Positions 41,106-52,600 of a DNA stretch of 64,000 nucleotides are shown in pieces. Under the pieces are notes generated by a model, which worked only from the letters and a program-made list of their open reading frames with translations, did not search any database and was not told the origin of the DNA. Made by a program: the position numbers and the translations under genes. The stretch's first letter is position 1. Each line of letters begins with the position of its first letter. Origin of the DNA: Klebsiella phage Miami; sequence record MT701590.1. One strand, written 5' to 3'.

Positions 41106-42002
41106 TTACAGCATGTATTCAGGAGCGGTAACTTTAGCCGCTTCACGAGTCATCGCAGCAAGAGTACCAGAATCAGTAAGACTCTGGAGAATCGCCGTAG
41201 GCTGCAGGAATCCGGATTCGGCACCGCGACCAGCTGGGTTATACATCGGGAGTTTGCTCAGGAAAGAACGAGCAATCTCTTTAGCGGCCTGGGTATCGAA
41301 ATCGATCAGACCGGTGTATTCCATGTTGATGTCACGCATCTGACCAGCTTCGTCTTTGTTACGACGCATCTGGATTTCAACGGTGTTACGCGGCATGATA
41401 CCTACTGCAAGAGCAGCATGGGCAACATCACGCATATTACGCGTCGGTTCCAGATAAATGTTCGCACAAGAGATTTGGTCGATCAGGAGATCGCCTGGAT
41501 CATCGAGGATAACTGCACGAGGATGGCCCAGATCCGGATCGTTCAAACCATACAGAGACCAGGAACGATGGAGGTTAGTATAAACCTCACCTTCGATATC
41601 CACGCCAGCATGGTTGATAACACCGAGGGTACGAGTACCGCCCGACGGTACGGAGAATACACGGCCAGAGAAACGCTGTTCTGCGAATTCGGTCTCGATA
41701 CGTTCAGAGAGACCGGTGATTTCACGACTACGCGTTTCAAACCAGGATTTCGCCAGTGAGTGGAGGATGTTACCTGCCGGCATACGGCTAAACAACGCAG
41801 GGGTGCTGATACAGAAGCACCAGGTCTGCTGTTGAATATGCGGATGCTCGGAGACCATGTTGGCGATATTGGGAGCCCAGCCATACTGGCCCCCTTGAGG
41901 GCCATTCAGAACAGGACGGTCGCCCACGCCGAACGCAGAGTACCATTCAGAACTCCCAGGTACCAGCGTGCTTGTGTTCCTAAACGGAGTGTTGCTTGAC
42001 AT
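41106..42002 (-). CDS. structural protein (298 aa), candidate tail tube
   Basis: Starts 15 nt downstream of the 719-aa gene on the same strand and shares its terminator; sheath-then-tube order is typical of myoviruses. The size fits the large phiKZ tube protein; not verified by sequence. Confidence 0.4.
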   Translation of the reverse strand: MSSNTPFRNTSTLVPGSSEWYSAFGVGDRPVLNGPQGGQYGWAPNIANMVSEHPHIQQQTWCFCISTPALFSRMPAGNILHSLAKSWFETRSREITGLSERIETEFAEQRFSGRVFSVPSGGTRTLGVINHAGVDIEGEVYTNLHRSWSLYGLNDPDLGHPRAVILDDPGDLLIDQISCANIYLEPTRNMRDVAHAALAVGIMPRNTVEIQMRRNKDEAGQMRDINMEYTGLIDFDTQAAKEIARSFLSKLPMYNPAGRGAESGFLQPTAILQSLTDSGTLAAMTREAAKVTAPEYML

Positions 42003-42017
42003 TTAGAGTCACCTTAC

Positions 42018-44177
42018 TTAGGAGTTAGTGGTATCGAGATCTTCTTCGTTATACGCAGCAAGACTCATGTTCATCATGTACTTACCTTTACGGAACCAGA
42101 CGTTACCAACGCTGTTCAGAACAGCTCGGCTACCAGCACCGGTTTCGTTGTAAGTGCAATCAACCCGGAGGTCTTTGAACATGGTACCCATACGACGACG
42201 GATAGCTGCTTCAGAAGTATCTTTGACGGTTGATGCATAGGTCGCAGCATCAATAGTCGTATCACCGGATACCAGCGTCCACGCGTCAGCGATAACCTTC
42301 TCAATACAAACCGCAGTGAAGTTAGTGATCAGGTCCTTCAACACGGCGTCGTTATCGTCATACACGGTTGGAAGCGCAGGACGGTAATACTGAGATGTGT
42401 TGTAAGGACGAAGACTGATACCACCTTCATCGAAGTTATTCGCAGCGGCGTCATCACCTTCGAAGTCCATGGTCGGAGAATGCATCTGGGTCAGAATGCG
42501 GTTATCGCCATGATCCGGAGAATTCACCGAGCTCAGGTTACCGGAGCTATTACCGCCAAGACGAGCGAAGAAGTAAGCCAGGTCCAGCGTTTGCGGGAAT
42601 TCAAGGCCGGTGCTTTCGTCGATGATCTTAGCATCCCACAGGGAGATAGCTGCACGGGACGCCGGAGTGCCGTAAAGCGAAGATTCCGGATACAGACGAA
42701 TCTTAGTCGCCAGAGACTGCATCATGGAATAACGCTGGGCGATGGTATTGTCTTCCAGCCATTCGGAAGCCTGCAGGATCAGAATCTGATCTTTACGGGT
42801 GTTCCAGAGCTCGATCAGCGCGTTCTTAATATCCAGGTTATAACCCACATCCCAGATAACAGATTGGCGGTTGCGCGTCCAATCGTTAACAGTGGACGAT
42901 TGGGCATAAGCCTGAATATCAGCCAGATACAGAGACTGGGCTACAGTCCAAGCGTCTTTGATACTCAGCTGGTCAATATGACCGTTGTTGGTCGCCGGGT
43001 CGAAGTTGTAAGTCCCTTCAACCGGAACCGGTGTAGTCCGATCCTCTTTCAGGAACGGAGAGATACCGCCAGCAGCGTCGATATAACCGGAGTTAGCGAA
43101 CGGGTTAGCGTCATCCACCAACATACACGCATAATACGGAACGTTGGTATGGTTGGTCAGAGTGAACGGGTTCATCTGACGAATTGGGTTGACACCCGTT
43201 ACGTTAACAAGCGCCGATTTACCGGCAGCCAGTTCTGCTGCATACAACGCCGCACAAACTTCCTGGATGTTCTGATCGTAGACCTTGACTTCGTAGAACG
43301 GAGCAGGGCGCAGAGTCACCTGACGGTTGACGTTAGCGTTGGTGAAGTCACCTACTGCGGTCGCCAGGCTGTAACGAACATCGTACTTGTCTTTGGTGTT
43401 GAACAGCGTGTACGTTGCCGATTCACCGCCATTAACGTTGGAGAAGAAAGTCGGGACGCCCGTAGAAGATTTTACGTACATTCTCATTGAGAACGGGAAC
43501 ACGCCGTATTCTTCAACGAAATCTGACACTGAATCCCAATCCGTGGAAGCATTGAGGCCCATGGTCAAACCGTGCAGGTTATATGCGTCACCAACACCAG
43601 CCGGGAGTTCGAAGAACGGATACTGAGTAAACGTAACTTCTTCCCCATTCACCGTTTCGGTGAACGTCGATTTTACGAGCTTGCCGTATTCTGGCGTGGT
43701 CGGCGAGGTAACGTCGAGCTTAACCAGTTTAACGTAAACGCCCGGCACCGCGGTACCACCGGTAACAGGGATCAGTTCACCATCGTCGTCGAAAAGATAG
43801 CTGCCGTCAGTCGCACGCTGATACTGAGGAATAGATGTACCGTTCCCGATAGCGATAGCGTAAGCAACACGAGCTACTACGGTGTTGGCAGAAACACGGC
43901 GTACGCCAAAACCACCCTGACCGCCGGAGGTGATCATCGAGATCAGCTGAGATACCGGGGAGTAGTAAGGGGTATCAACATCCAGGATATCGCCGTAAAG
44001 ATTGGTAAAGTCATTCGAGTTTATGAAACTCTGCCCGAGTTCACCCTTGGGGGTGACCACGGAAATAACCGGATAATGACAAGGATACGTAGGCAGAGAC
44101 GTTACCGGGTTTAAGCGGCTCTTATCGTCCATACCGTTATTGATGACTTGTCCCGGAATGATTTTTGTAAAGCTCAT
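42018..44177 (-). CDS. major structural protein (719 aa): tail sheath, or alternatively major capsid protein
   Basis: Size is in the range of both phiKZ-like sheath (about 695 aa) and capsid (about 750 aa) proteins; high-expression codon bias; strong SD; the 298-aa gene directly downstream favours sheath. Confidence 0.45.
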   Translation of the reverse strand: MSFTKIIPGQVINNGMDDKSRLNPVTSLPTYPCHYPVISVVTPKGELGQSFINSNDFTNLYGDILDVDTPYYSPVSQLISMITSGGQGGFGVRRVSANTVVARVAYAIAIGNGTSIPQYQRATDGSYLFDDDGELIPVTGGTAVPGVYVKLVKLDVTSPTTPEYGKLVKSTFTETVNGEEVTFTQYPFFELPAGVGDAYNLHGLTMGLNASTDWDSVSDFVEEYGVFPFSMRMYVKSSTGVPTFFSNVNGGESATYTLFNTKDKYDVRYSLATAVGDFTNANVNRQVTLRPAPFYEVKVYDQNIQEVCAALYAAELAAGKSALVNVTGVNPIRQMNPFTLTNHTNVPYYACMLVDDANPFANSGYIDAAGGISPFLKEDRTTPVPVEGTYNFDPATNNGHIDQLSIKDAWTVAQSLYLADIQAYAQSSTVNDWTRNRQSVIWDVGYNLDIKNALIELWNTRKDQILILQASEWLEDNTIAQRYSMMQSLATKIRLYPESSLYGTPASRAAISLWDAKIIDESTGLEFPQTLDLAYFFARLGGNSSGNLSSVNSPDHGDNRILTQMHSPTMDFEGDDAAANNFDEGGISLRPYNTSQYYRPALPTVYDDNDAVLKDLITNFTAVCIEKVIADAWTLVSGDTTIDAATYASTVKDTSEAAIRRRMGTMFKDLRVDCTYNETGAGSRAVLNSVGNVWFRKGKYMMNMSLAAYNEEDLDTTNS

Positions 44178-44335
44178 GCTCTAAGCCTCATATTCGGAAA
44201 ACGTTTTATTAAGATATTTTTTTGATCAAAAAAATATAGATGGCCGGCAATCGTATGTCTAGAGTCACCATAAGTTACTCTCGTTTAATTTAACCGAACC
44301 CGGCACATAACATTCAACATAAGGAGCGGGGAGTC

Positions 44336-45214
44336 ATGCTTCTCAACGCATACGAAACCACAGTTGGCAAACCCTTTGCGATCATGGATAAAGTCCAGGG
44401 CGTCCTAAAATCGTTAGCGACGATGGATGACTTAGACCATTCCAGTAAAGAAGGGGTTTATTTCATTACTTATGAAAACGGCAGCCAACTTCCTCTTTTT
44501 ATTTTCCCTTTAAGTTTATTGGATCATCAGCGTCGTAAAATCACCGTTGTTGACAAGCGCCCCTTCTCCAATAAAAAAGACATCATCATTAGTCCTGTGG
44601 AATTTATCGGGCAATTCACCGCAGCGTGCATTCAGCAAGATGTGTTTGAAGGAAACTTAAACACCATCAAAAATTCTCGTTATCTGACGACTCGCGGATA
44701 CGCCAAATCTCTCAGCAATCGCATTGGCCGTCAGAGCGGGCTAGATCCAAGAGAAATGATTGAACTCGCCATCATTCTCGGTCACTTCTTTGTGTGTCTC
44801 ACAGAGAAGCAAAACGACGATTACCAGTTCGTTAGCGCCAACGTACTGAAAAATGCGTTGCAATTAGATCAGAGTATGACTCAGCCTATTATTGAAGAGA
44901 TGGGGTTCATTTCAACCATCCCTGAGCTGACCAAATATATCGCTGATCGTCCTGGCTTTTTCAAACTGAAGAATTTCACTCAAAAAGATTTTATCGGGTT
45001 GGGCAGCAACATCATCTTCAGTAACCTCGGCAAACAGGTTGTCGGAGCAGCATTGGAACACCCTCCATTATTTACCGGATTGTGTTTTATGGCGCTGAAG
45101 AACAGAATGTACCTTCAGACTGTTTTGGGTCAGCAAATCGATCCTAAGTACAACGAAAGATTAACCGATAGCTTTGTTAAAATGATCAACGGGAATTATC
45201 CCGTCCAACTTTAA
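44336..45214 (+). CDS. hypothetical protein
   Basis: 292-aa ORF with a ggagcggggagtcATG SD. Confidence 0.5.
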   Translation: MLLNAYETTVGKPFAIMDKVQGVLKSLATMDDLDHSSKEGVYFITYENGSQLPLFIFPLSLLDHQRRKITVVDKRPFSNKKDIIISPVEFIGQFTAACIQQDVFEGNLNTIKNSRYLTTRGYAKSLSNRIGRQSGLDPREMIELAIILGHFFVCLTEKQNDDYQFVSANVLKNALQLDQSMTQPIIEEMGFISTIPELTKYIADRPGFFKLKNFTQKDFIGLGSNIIFSNLGKQVVGAALEHPPLFTGLCFMALKNRMYLQTVLGQQIDPKYNERLTDSFVKMINGNYPVQL

Positions 45215-45225
45215 AAGGAATGGAC

Positions 45226-47823
45226 ATGAGTGTGTCGTTGGTTCAACCAAGAACTGACTTGATACGTTACGCCGAGTCCAATATGTGGTCGTCTCCCTAT
45301 AACGATCAACAATTCAGGCTGGAGCTACAACGTATCAGTCCCCCAGTAGGGTTGGTCAATACCTTTACGTATATGGGTAAAGGGAGAGGATTACCTGATT
45401 CTACTACCCCTCATCACGTCTATACTCTTAGTGGTACCTCGCTAGGGTACTGGAACTTCATCAACAAAAATATAAAAACTAATCCAGTTGATACCTGGGT
45501 GAGAGTTGATTGGCTCAGCCATCAGCGTGGTGTTTATATTGAACTTTATCGCCCGGACGGCAGAATCTATCCAAGAGATTGCGCGTGGATCATGCGGACT
45601 TATGACGGTGCACACCTTCTTTGTGTGGAACGTTTAACCAACTACCCGCTGCCATTAAACGATAACTTCTATCTACGGTGTTATACCCCTGATTGGGATA
45701 TTTATCGTGGGGTAGAAGGAACCGACGAAAATAACGGGTTTCAGTATACCAGTTTTGTCGGTCCAACTCAGGCTAATCTCACGGCGCTCCAAACCCAACT
45801 CAATACGTGGAGTGGTTTAGGTGGATTATCGTCCATTTATGTCGATGGAATAAAATGTCCGTCTCTTCCTACGGTGTCAGCTGTTACGCTGAACACTATC
45901 GTAGAGATTTTCTACGATCCGACCGTTTATAGAGTCGATAACTACGACTTGAAAACTCTGCCGGACTTCTATTCTGATTTGGATAGCAAGCGCAAATACA
46001 TCGTTCACCCTCCTAAGGTTGAAGGTGACTGGGCGTTCCGGTACTTCGACGATTGCGACATCTACATCACGACACCGGCCGGGAAAGGGTTATATTTCAA
46101 TATCAATAGCCCTGATGCATTGCGTCAACTCACTCACGCTGACTACAGTGTGAGCGCTGATTACATCGCGACCCTTATTGATACCCTGGCCGATCTTAAG
46201 AATCGAGACGATCTGAAACTGCAGGTGATTTATCGCAGCACGAACTGGAGTCACGATCTCGTATGGGAAGCCAATCGAATCAGGTACCTTTACCGTCTTG
46301 ATGATAATGGAATAATCAACGCAATGACTGCGGTTCACTCCACGTTGCCTGAATGGACAGCCAGTGGTTTGGAAAATTCTTATTCCATGCTGATCAACAG
46401 ACAGAAATGGGGAGAGCTGACCGATGAGAATATCGTTAAAGCGTTAGGGTTTAATGCCCTGACACAAGCTTTAGCGTCATCACCGGTATCAATGCCCTAC
46501 GTGGAAGGATACGCCGGTTACGACGTTCCTGTTAGCTTCCAGGAAGCTTGCGTGGCTTTTGAGTACGATGCCGATGGATTGCTCATCAACAATTATCCGT
46601 TGACTAACGCACTGAAATACGCTCCTAATAATCCAACCTGCGCCATGGTGGAGTTCATCGCTGGTAGTCCGGCTATCACCAGACATCAAGTGATTGGGAG
46701 TGATCCGGTTACACTGTTGAGTAACTGGTCTTATTTAGCATTGCAATCCGGCCGGTTAGTTTCCACTGGGGAATCTGACGGGAAATGGGTACCTGCGGTA
46801 TTGGGGACTGACTATACCGTTACCAATGGTGTTCTTACCTGGATCCATGATTCAACAAACCGGATAGGTAGAGTTATCTTTAACGATGTTTTCCTTTACA
46901 AGGATTTCACGCTATCACATCTCGACAACTCTATTTATTTCGCCATTACCGAAATATGGGAAGGCGGCGGGATAGCTGCGGACATCGCGCCGGCCAACAT
47001 CTATATTTGGATGAACGGTCATCCCCTCATTCTTAACGTCGATTACGTGATGGATTACCCTAGAGTGTTCATCAATAACAAGATGTATTTGAATGAGAGC
47101 GGAGAAAACGATTTTGTCGTGGCTGCGTTCGGGATAAGTACGAGTTTAACTCAGCCGGTAGAAGAATCTGAATTAGGTTATATCGTCGGCGGAACCATCG
47201 GGGTTAACGGGCGTTACAATATCCGGGACGGAAGGGATACGAGGCTTATCGCCGCAGGTCGGTTATTCCCATCTGATGGTATTGACGATTCAGAGCAACA
47301 CGCCCCTCAGAACGCCGGCTATTCTCTCAACGGTTACCCGTATCAGGTTAAGCACGTCTATCAGACCGTTCAAAAAGCGGTGGATTTTAATAACTATCCT
47401 CGGTACGCCGAAGACAGGGATTTGGATAATCGCATCTGTACTTACCTGACGACGTATTGTGAGAAACCAGGACCTATTGTTTGGCCTAACATCTCCGATA
47501 AATACAGATTGTTTAGTCCTTTCCTGAATCAGATCGTAAATGCAATATTGCTGAAAATCATTACCATCCCTGCACCAACCACAGGTGGGGTATTCAGCAA
47601 ACAGGTAATCAATGAGCTAACCAAAGATTATCAATGGTTGCTTGATTACGATCCGGCTTTCTTGAAATACGACTTGCGGTATTACACGATCAATCCGTTT
47701 TCCATGGCGGGTATGCAAACTGTAACAACCGCCCAGTTACTCTTCATCACTCAGGTTAACGAAATCTATCTCAATAGCGCGTGCGGCATAGAGGGATATT
47801 TTGAGGTAAATAATAATGTTTGA
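45226..47823 (+). CDS. large hypothetical structural protein (865 aa)
   Basis: Table start 45220 has zero SD spacing; the second ATG at 45226 has aagga at 6 nt. Long ORF between the sheath/tube pair and the terminase. Confidence 0.55.
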   Translation: MSVSLVQPRTDLIRYAESNMWSSPYNDQQFRLELQRISPPVGLVNTFTYMGKGRGLPDSTTPHHVYTLSGTSLGYWNFINKNIKTNPVDTWVRVDWLSHQRGVYIELYRPDGRIYPRDCAWIMRTYDGAHLLCVERLTNYPLPLNDNFYLRCYTPDWDIYRGVEGTDENNGFQYTSFVGPTQANLTALQTQLNTWSGLGGLSSIYVDGIKCPSLPTVSAVTLNTIVEIFYDPTVYRVDNYDLKTLPDFYSDLDSKRKYIVHPPKVEGDWAFRYFDDCDIYITTPAGKGLYFNINSPDALRQLTHADYSVSADYIATLIDTLADLKNRDDLKLQVIYRSTNWSHDLVWEANRIRYLYRLDDNGIINAMTAVHSTLPEWTASGLENSYSMLINRQKWGELTDENIVKALGFNALTQALASSPVSMPYVEGYAGYDVPVSFQEACVAFEYDADGLLINNYPLTNALKYAPNNPTCAMVEFIAGSPAITRHQVIGSDPVTLLSNWSYLALQSGRLVSTGESDGKWVPAVLGTDYTVTNGVLTWIHDSTNRIGRVIFNDVFLYKDFTLSHLDNSIYFAITEIWEGGGIAADIAPANIYIWMNGHPLILNVDYVMDYPRVFINNKMYLNESGENDFVVAAFGISTSLTQPVEESELGYIVGGTIGVNGRYNIRDGRDTRLIAAGRLFPSDGIDDSEQHAPQNAGYSLNGYPYQVKHVYQTVQKAVDFNNYPRYAEDRDLDNRICTYLTTYCEKPGPIVWPNISDKYRLFSPFLNQIVNAILLKIITIPAPTTGGVFSKQVINELTKDYQWLLDYDPAFLKYDLRYYTINPFSMAGMQTVTTAQLLFITQVNEIYLNSACGIEGYFEVNNNV

Positions 47824-49531
47824 TACCAGCACCACATCGACCACATCAAGTACGAGTGTTGCGGCGACGGGTCCTCAGTTACCTAACTCGAATGATCTAC
47901 TCACCCCACTCGATATTTCCAACCTTTACGATCCGGATACGGTAGCCGATTCTGATGCGTCAAAATACATCGTTGGTCGTGAAGGCCAAACGGTCATAGA
48001 CGGATTGAACCAACGAGCTTACGTCATTACTCACGTTGGGACTGAAGATGCGAAATACAAATCAACGTTAAAACGGATAGGGTTTGTTACGGATAGCGAC
48101 GACAACTCCAGTGACATCATCGGTTTACCGGGACGCTTTGCCGGCAATGGTGTTTTGGGAATCGACTACAGTGTCAGACCTCCTCGGGCTGTCATCGATG
48201 GTCGTGTATGGGCTCCTGATGCGGCCTACGGTTTGCTTTATAAAGGCGTGGTTATCGGTGATAGCGGTCAGGTCATTTCTGTTCAATACGCAACTAATGG
48301 TGATTTGATTTCTAATCAGGTCCCGACTAAATTAGCTGCGGTTAACAACATGACCAACCACAGTATTTTCACCACTACTGCTTTTTCGGTGACTCAAACG
48401 GCTGACGAACTCCCGGACGGAAGTTTGTGCACGCTGGTGTTCTTCGATGCGGCCGGTAACATGATTCCCGAACCTTATGAACTTGGCGTGATGCACACTG
48501 CGTTGCTGAGAGATCATCAGATCGGGATCAAGTATGTTTCGGCTATTGAACTGATATCTCCTTGGTTCACCGATACGACCGATCCTACTACGCTGAACAT
48601 TCCTATCAACGTTGCGATGAGCTCGGTTCAATTCTCTGCGCGCATCCATTATAACGATGGATCAACCAAAGAGCAATTGATTGACGGGACCAAATGTGCG
48701 ATCATCGGGCTCAATGAATACAAACCTACTACGGTAGGTCAGCGTGCTTCGATCGTACTTCGGTATTCGTTCGATGAGGATGAACAGGCTTTAATTGCTA
48801 CACCTAATTATCCAGACATGATCACCCAGGCTTATCAGATCGTTTGTACTCAGGTTAACGGCGCTTACTCTCCAAAACTCTACACTTATCCGGTGTGGAA
48901 CGGAACAGGGTATTCGCTCAAACATTACCTGTACGATCTTACCCGCGGATATGCAACTGACGTTACTCAGCATGTTACACTCAACGACACGTCGCCAGCC
49001 TTCCAGCCGGCTAACTATGGCGTTCAGCAAGACATGGTGTTTAACCTGACGCTGTCAGACGTATCTTCGACGTTTAAAGCGTGGACGCTGGTACAGCATA
49101 CTTCTATTACGTTGTATAAAGCGAATACCGGGACGGGTCGTCGTTGGGCTATCCAGTACTCTTCTGCGAATAACCCTTACGTCGCTTATAACGTCGGGTA
49201 TACCGAAGCCAATGGTGTTCAGTCCATTAACCTGGCTGGCTCCATCCTCACGATTTCTGATTGGTTGAATCGACTCTACTATCCGGTAGAACCATTGATC
49301 GATACCACGAAAGAATCGGCGGCTCTGGTTCCTAACTATATCCGGTTGGTTGACACTAACGGGGTTACTCACGACCTTGAAATCAACGATTGGAATAAAC
49401 CTCAAGCGCTCACTTCTCCTGTTGCAAGTGGTCAAACCCTCTTCCTGCAATGGATTCAGAAATCAGAGAACGGGGCCGAACTCCAATTGGCGACCACGGG
49501 TGTTGTTGTAGACGTCGCTCCGAGCAATTAA
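47816..49531 (+). CDS. hypothetical structural protein (571 aa)
   Basis: Start overlaps the upstream stop (ATGTTTGA); Ser/Thr-rich N-terminus. Confidence 0.55.
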   Translation: MFDTSTTSTTSSTSVAATGPQLPNSNDLLTPLDISNLYDPDTVADSDASKYIVGREGQTVIDGLNQRAYVITHVGTEDAKYKSTLKRIGFVTDSDDNSSDIIGLPGRFAGNGVLGIDYSVRPPRAVIDGRVWAPDAAYGLLYKGVVIGDSGQVISVQYATNGDLISNQVPTKLAAVNNMTNHSIFTTTAFSVTQTADELPDGSLCTLVFFDAAGNMIPEPYELGVMHTALLRDHQIGIKYVSAIELISPWFTDTTDPTTLNIPINVAMSSVQFSARIHYNDGSTKEQLIDGTKCAIIGLNEYKPTTVGQRASIVLRYSFDEDEQALIATPNYPDMITQAYQIVCTQVNGAYSPKLYTYPVWNGTGYSLKHYLYDLTRGYATDVTQHVTLNDTSPAFQPANYGVQQDMVFNLTLSDVSSTFKAWTLVQHTSITLYKANTGTGRRWAIQYSSANNPYVAYNVGYTEANGVQSINLAGSILTISDWLNRLYYPVEPLIDTTKESAALVPNYIRLVDTNGVTHDLEINDWNKPQALTSPVASGQTLFLQWIQKSENGAELQLATTGVVVDVAPSN

Positions 49532-49543
49532 GATTCGTTATCC

Positions 49544-49573
49544 TAACTACCGGTCTGAAAAGACCGGTAGTTA
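49544..49573 (+). terminator. hairpin after the 571-aa gene
   Basis: taactaccggtc-tgaaaa-gaccggtagtta. Confidence 0.45.
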
Positions 49574-49614
49574 TATTTTATATCGAGACCGAGACAAACC
49601 GACAGGATAAAAAC

Positions 49615-52600
49615 ATGTTTGCAAGTAAAGACGAATTAGAACTACATCTTGCAAGAGAAAAACTTGCTATGATAGGCGCGACAGAAAGTCAGCTCCCCGA
49701 ATACCTGCTCGATGACGACACAGAAGCGCTTCCCATCAGGACCCCAGAAGAGTTGCTTCTAGCCCATTATCGAGAAGATACGTTAAGCGCGATCAAAACG
49801 GTCAGGTTCTTAAAGGACTTCGAACGTTATAACGCTAAACCGGATCTGACGACGAAGAACATCTCTTTCTTAAAGGTTGCTGAAATCTTTAGACTGATGG
49901 GGATAAAGAATTACTATTTCTGCCTCCAGCTCAACAATCCGTTGCTGATAGGGGTGGATCCTTACGACCCCAACCTGACAGATGAACAAAAATTCATGAT
50001 CCTCCAGGAGTGCCGTGAAAACTTCTGGTATTTCCTCCGTGAAGTACTTCATCTGAGCGGTGGTATTCAGTTCCAGGCAAACAGAGCAAACATCTGTTTC
50101 TTATGGTGTTATTTGTGCCACGTCAACACCATGCTAATCATTCCAAGGCAATTCGGGAAAAATTCTAAATTAGATTCTCTTGTAAAAATACCCAATGGCT
50201 GGAAGAAAATGGGGGATATGCGCAAGGGTGACGTAGTATCCACTCCTGATGGTAAAACGGCTAAAGTTACTGGAGTTTATCCCCAAGGTGTCACGCCTTT
50301 ATATAAAGTTACTTTTAAAGACGGAAGAGAATCTTACGTTGGGTCTGATCATTATTGGACAGTATGGGATCCGGGTAAGGGCGATGGCGGGGTCTGGCGA
50401 ACACTGACCACACTCGAGTGCCAACAACGCATGACCGAGATGAAGAAAGCGCATAACTATCTTTCCGTTCCTTTGGTTCAGCCTGATAATGATCCAGATA
50501 AGAAACTTGCCATTCATCCTTATGTTCTAGGTGTTTTACTGGGTGACGGATGCATCTCTAATAAAAGCGTTGTTGTAGCTAAACCAGATAAAGAGATGTT
50601 CGATAAGGTTACAGGGCTCATCCCTGAGTCACTGGAAACCTCATGGGTTGATGATAAGAGCTTTATCATCAGACGTAAGCCGACTAACATAACCCAGAAC
50701 AATCAACTTAAAGATGATTTAACCAATCTCGATTTATTCGGATTGCGGTCCTGGGAGAAATTTGTTCCTACCGATTACTTAAATGGTTCTTATCGCCAGC
50801 GTTTAGAGTTGCTACAGGGTTTACTTGATACTGATGGTCACGCAGGTACCGGTGGTAACATTGAGTACTGTACAACATCTCCTAAACTTGCTAAAGATTT
50901 CGTTTACCTCGCTCGTAGCATCGGGGCAATATGTTCTTGTAAAGAACGCCACACGTATTACACACATAATGGCGAGAGACGCCAGGGGAGATTATCTTAT
51001 CGCATTAGTGTTCGACACACACAGCCTTGGGAACTCTTCACGTTAAGTCGTAAACGAGATCGTTTAGTTGACAAAACACGAGGGTTAAAATTTAACAGCC
51101 GTCTAACCATGCGTTCCATCGAGTATGTAGGGGAAGAAGAGACTCAGTGCATTGAAGTGGACCATCCTGATCATCTTTACATCATGGATGATTTCGTCGT
51201 CACTCACAACACGGTTTCTGCCCAGAGCATTATGTTCTGGTTAACTTACCTAACCGGGCAGTCTTATGAGTCCCACTTAATCACCCTGAAAGACGATAAC
51301 CGTAGTCAGTTCGTAGAGGCGTTAAAGGGTATTCGTAACAACATCCCGAGTTACTTAACCAACGTAGGGTGGCGAGATAAGGATAGCGGTAACTCGTTAA
51401 CCTATAGTGCGTTTGGGGATGATAAGAAGAACATCTTCCGTATTAGCGTCCCGCAAATCGGTAGAGAAGCCGCTCGTAACGTTGGTCGTGGTTTGACTAT
51501 CAAAACCCGTATGATCGACGAACCGGCATATATCAACTTCATGGAAGAGATACTTAACGGTGCAGGTCCTAGTACGCTAACGGCTCGTGCTAACGCCAGA
51601 AGAATAGGCGAACCCTATGGGACGGGATTCATTACCACGCCTGCGAGTAAAACGACGGCAAGCGGCGAATACATGTACAACATGTTGATGGATGCGACCG
51701 AGTGGCGAGAAACGTTCTTCGACAGTTTTAACGAGAGTCATCTGTACCAGCGTTTGATTAAAGCGAGTCCTGTGGAGGGAATCACCAGCCCTACAGTAGG
51801 AATGGTTTTCAACTACTTGCAGCTGGGTAGGAATAAGGACTGGGTTAAGAAAACCATAGACGAGTTAAAGTTAAGTTTAGCCGAAGCGAAGATCGACTTA
51901 CTGTTAATGTGGGACGACGCAAGTAAAGGTAAACTTTTCGACGACTTAACCCGAGAAGCGTTAAACGAGGGTAAACGAGGGATACTCTGGAGTCAGGAAG
52001 TAGGGAGCACGGGTTTGTTTATCGACTGGTTTATTACGCCAGAAGAACACACCCGGATCATAACTGGCAACAGTCAGACCTTTTACGTCGTTGGATGCGA
52101 TACCTCTGCTGCGCAAAACCGAGATGCCTGTACAGTAGTGATAAGGGATGTCATGGATGGTAAAGTCGTTGGGGTGGGTCGTTATCCGATAGCCTACTTA
52201 ATGGACGTTGGTGAGGTACTACAAACGATCCTGTTAGAGATTAAGAACAGCTTACTGATCATCGAGCGTAACTTCGCGCATCACATGATCGACCAACTGC
52301 TCGTTAGTCTTCCTGCATTGGGGATCGATCCCTTTAAACGTATCTTTAATCAGATCATACAAGATCCGGTTAAGTACGAAAAAGAAATGATCGAGTTTAA
52401 ACAACGTAATTTCGCTAACAGAGACAGTCACTTCTATCTGAGGTTCAAACACCTGTTTGGGTTCGTTACCAATGCCAAAACGCGTGACGAAGTATATAGT
52501 TTTATCCAAGAAGCGGTAGGAACCACTGGAGATAAAATTTATTATACTAAACTCATCGACGAACTGGTTAACCTCAAAGAGAAAGGCGGGAGGATCGACC

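Noticed and set aside
42480-43490. 336-aa plus-strand ORF inside the 719-aa structural gene
   Set aside because: Antisense to a strongly codon-biased, highly expressed structural gene; R/V/Q-rich composition typical of shadow ORFs.
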